Source: Candidatus Xenobia bacterium (lineage in GTDB: Bacteria > Vulcanimicrobiota > Xenobia > Xenobiales > QWHO01). Taken from it: DNA of 64,000 bases. The notes under the pieces were generated by a model. It saw nothing but the letters and a program-made list of their open reading frames with translations. It did not search any database and was not told where the DNA came from. Position 1 is the stretch's first letter. Each line of letters opens with the position of its first letter. Of this stretch, positions 63,965 to 64,000 are shown one piece after another. The stretch covers positions 32,001-96,000 of the forward strand of contig BTUM01000003.1 of the NCBI GenBank assembly GCA_045863235.1. The letters run 5' to 3'. The position numbers were made by a program, and so were the translations under genes.

Positions 63965-64000
63965 CGCTTCGGCTTTCGATGCGGAAGAGCTCGGTGGCAA
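63945..64000 (-). CDS. C-terminal end of an upstream gene (partial)
   Basis: Frame ...ATELFRIESRSDVVPKN* overlaps the start of the PilX-like gene. Confidence 0.4.
   Translation of the reverse strand, partial: ATELFRIESRSDVVPKN

Overview
High-GC bacterial chromosomal window, densely coding on both strands. No rRNA, tRNA, CRISPR array, integrase or transposase was recognised. Ordinary genes include an acyl-CoA synthetase, a CoA-transferase, a GST, a TetR-TolC-MFP-RND efflux operon, a phosphoglucomutase-family enzyme, a uridine-kinase-like protein, PilZ proteins and a PilX-like protein. They are interspersed with many orphan genes and toxin-antitoxin-type cassettes, several of them decayed. The strongest unexplained signal is a gap-free 19-residue motif, G-[IV]-x-[EQD]-x4-[VL]-x-[VF]-G-G-[VIT]-R-[LIV]-x-[KR]-[KR]. 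It is shared by five otherwise unrelated proteins that lack signal peptides, and lies at the C-terminus in four of them. Several orphans also carry Pro/Ala-rich N-terminal leaders. Together these suggest (inference) a lineage-specific protein sorting or secretion tag system. Other highlights: (1) a 12-kb island (VapBC plus a GH81/GH16 beta-1,3-glucanase operon) bracketed by a ~113-bp direct repeat of the CoA-transferase 3' end, with further gene-fragment scars; (2) a RiPP-precursor-like peptide beside an ABC exporter; (3) a Gly/Gln-rich amyloid- or harpin-like protein; (4) two unrecognised tandem-repeat domains. The style of the orphan families is reminiscent of Candidatus Eremiobacterota/Vulcanimicrobiota, but that assignment is only a guess. 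All calls come from reading motifs by eye; no database searches were run.
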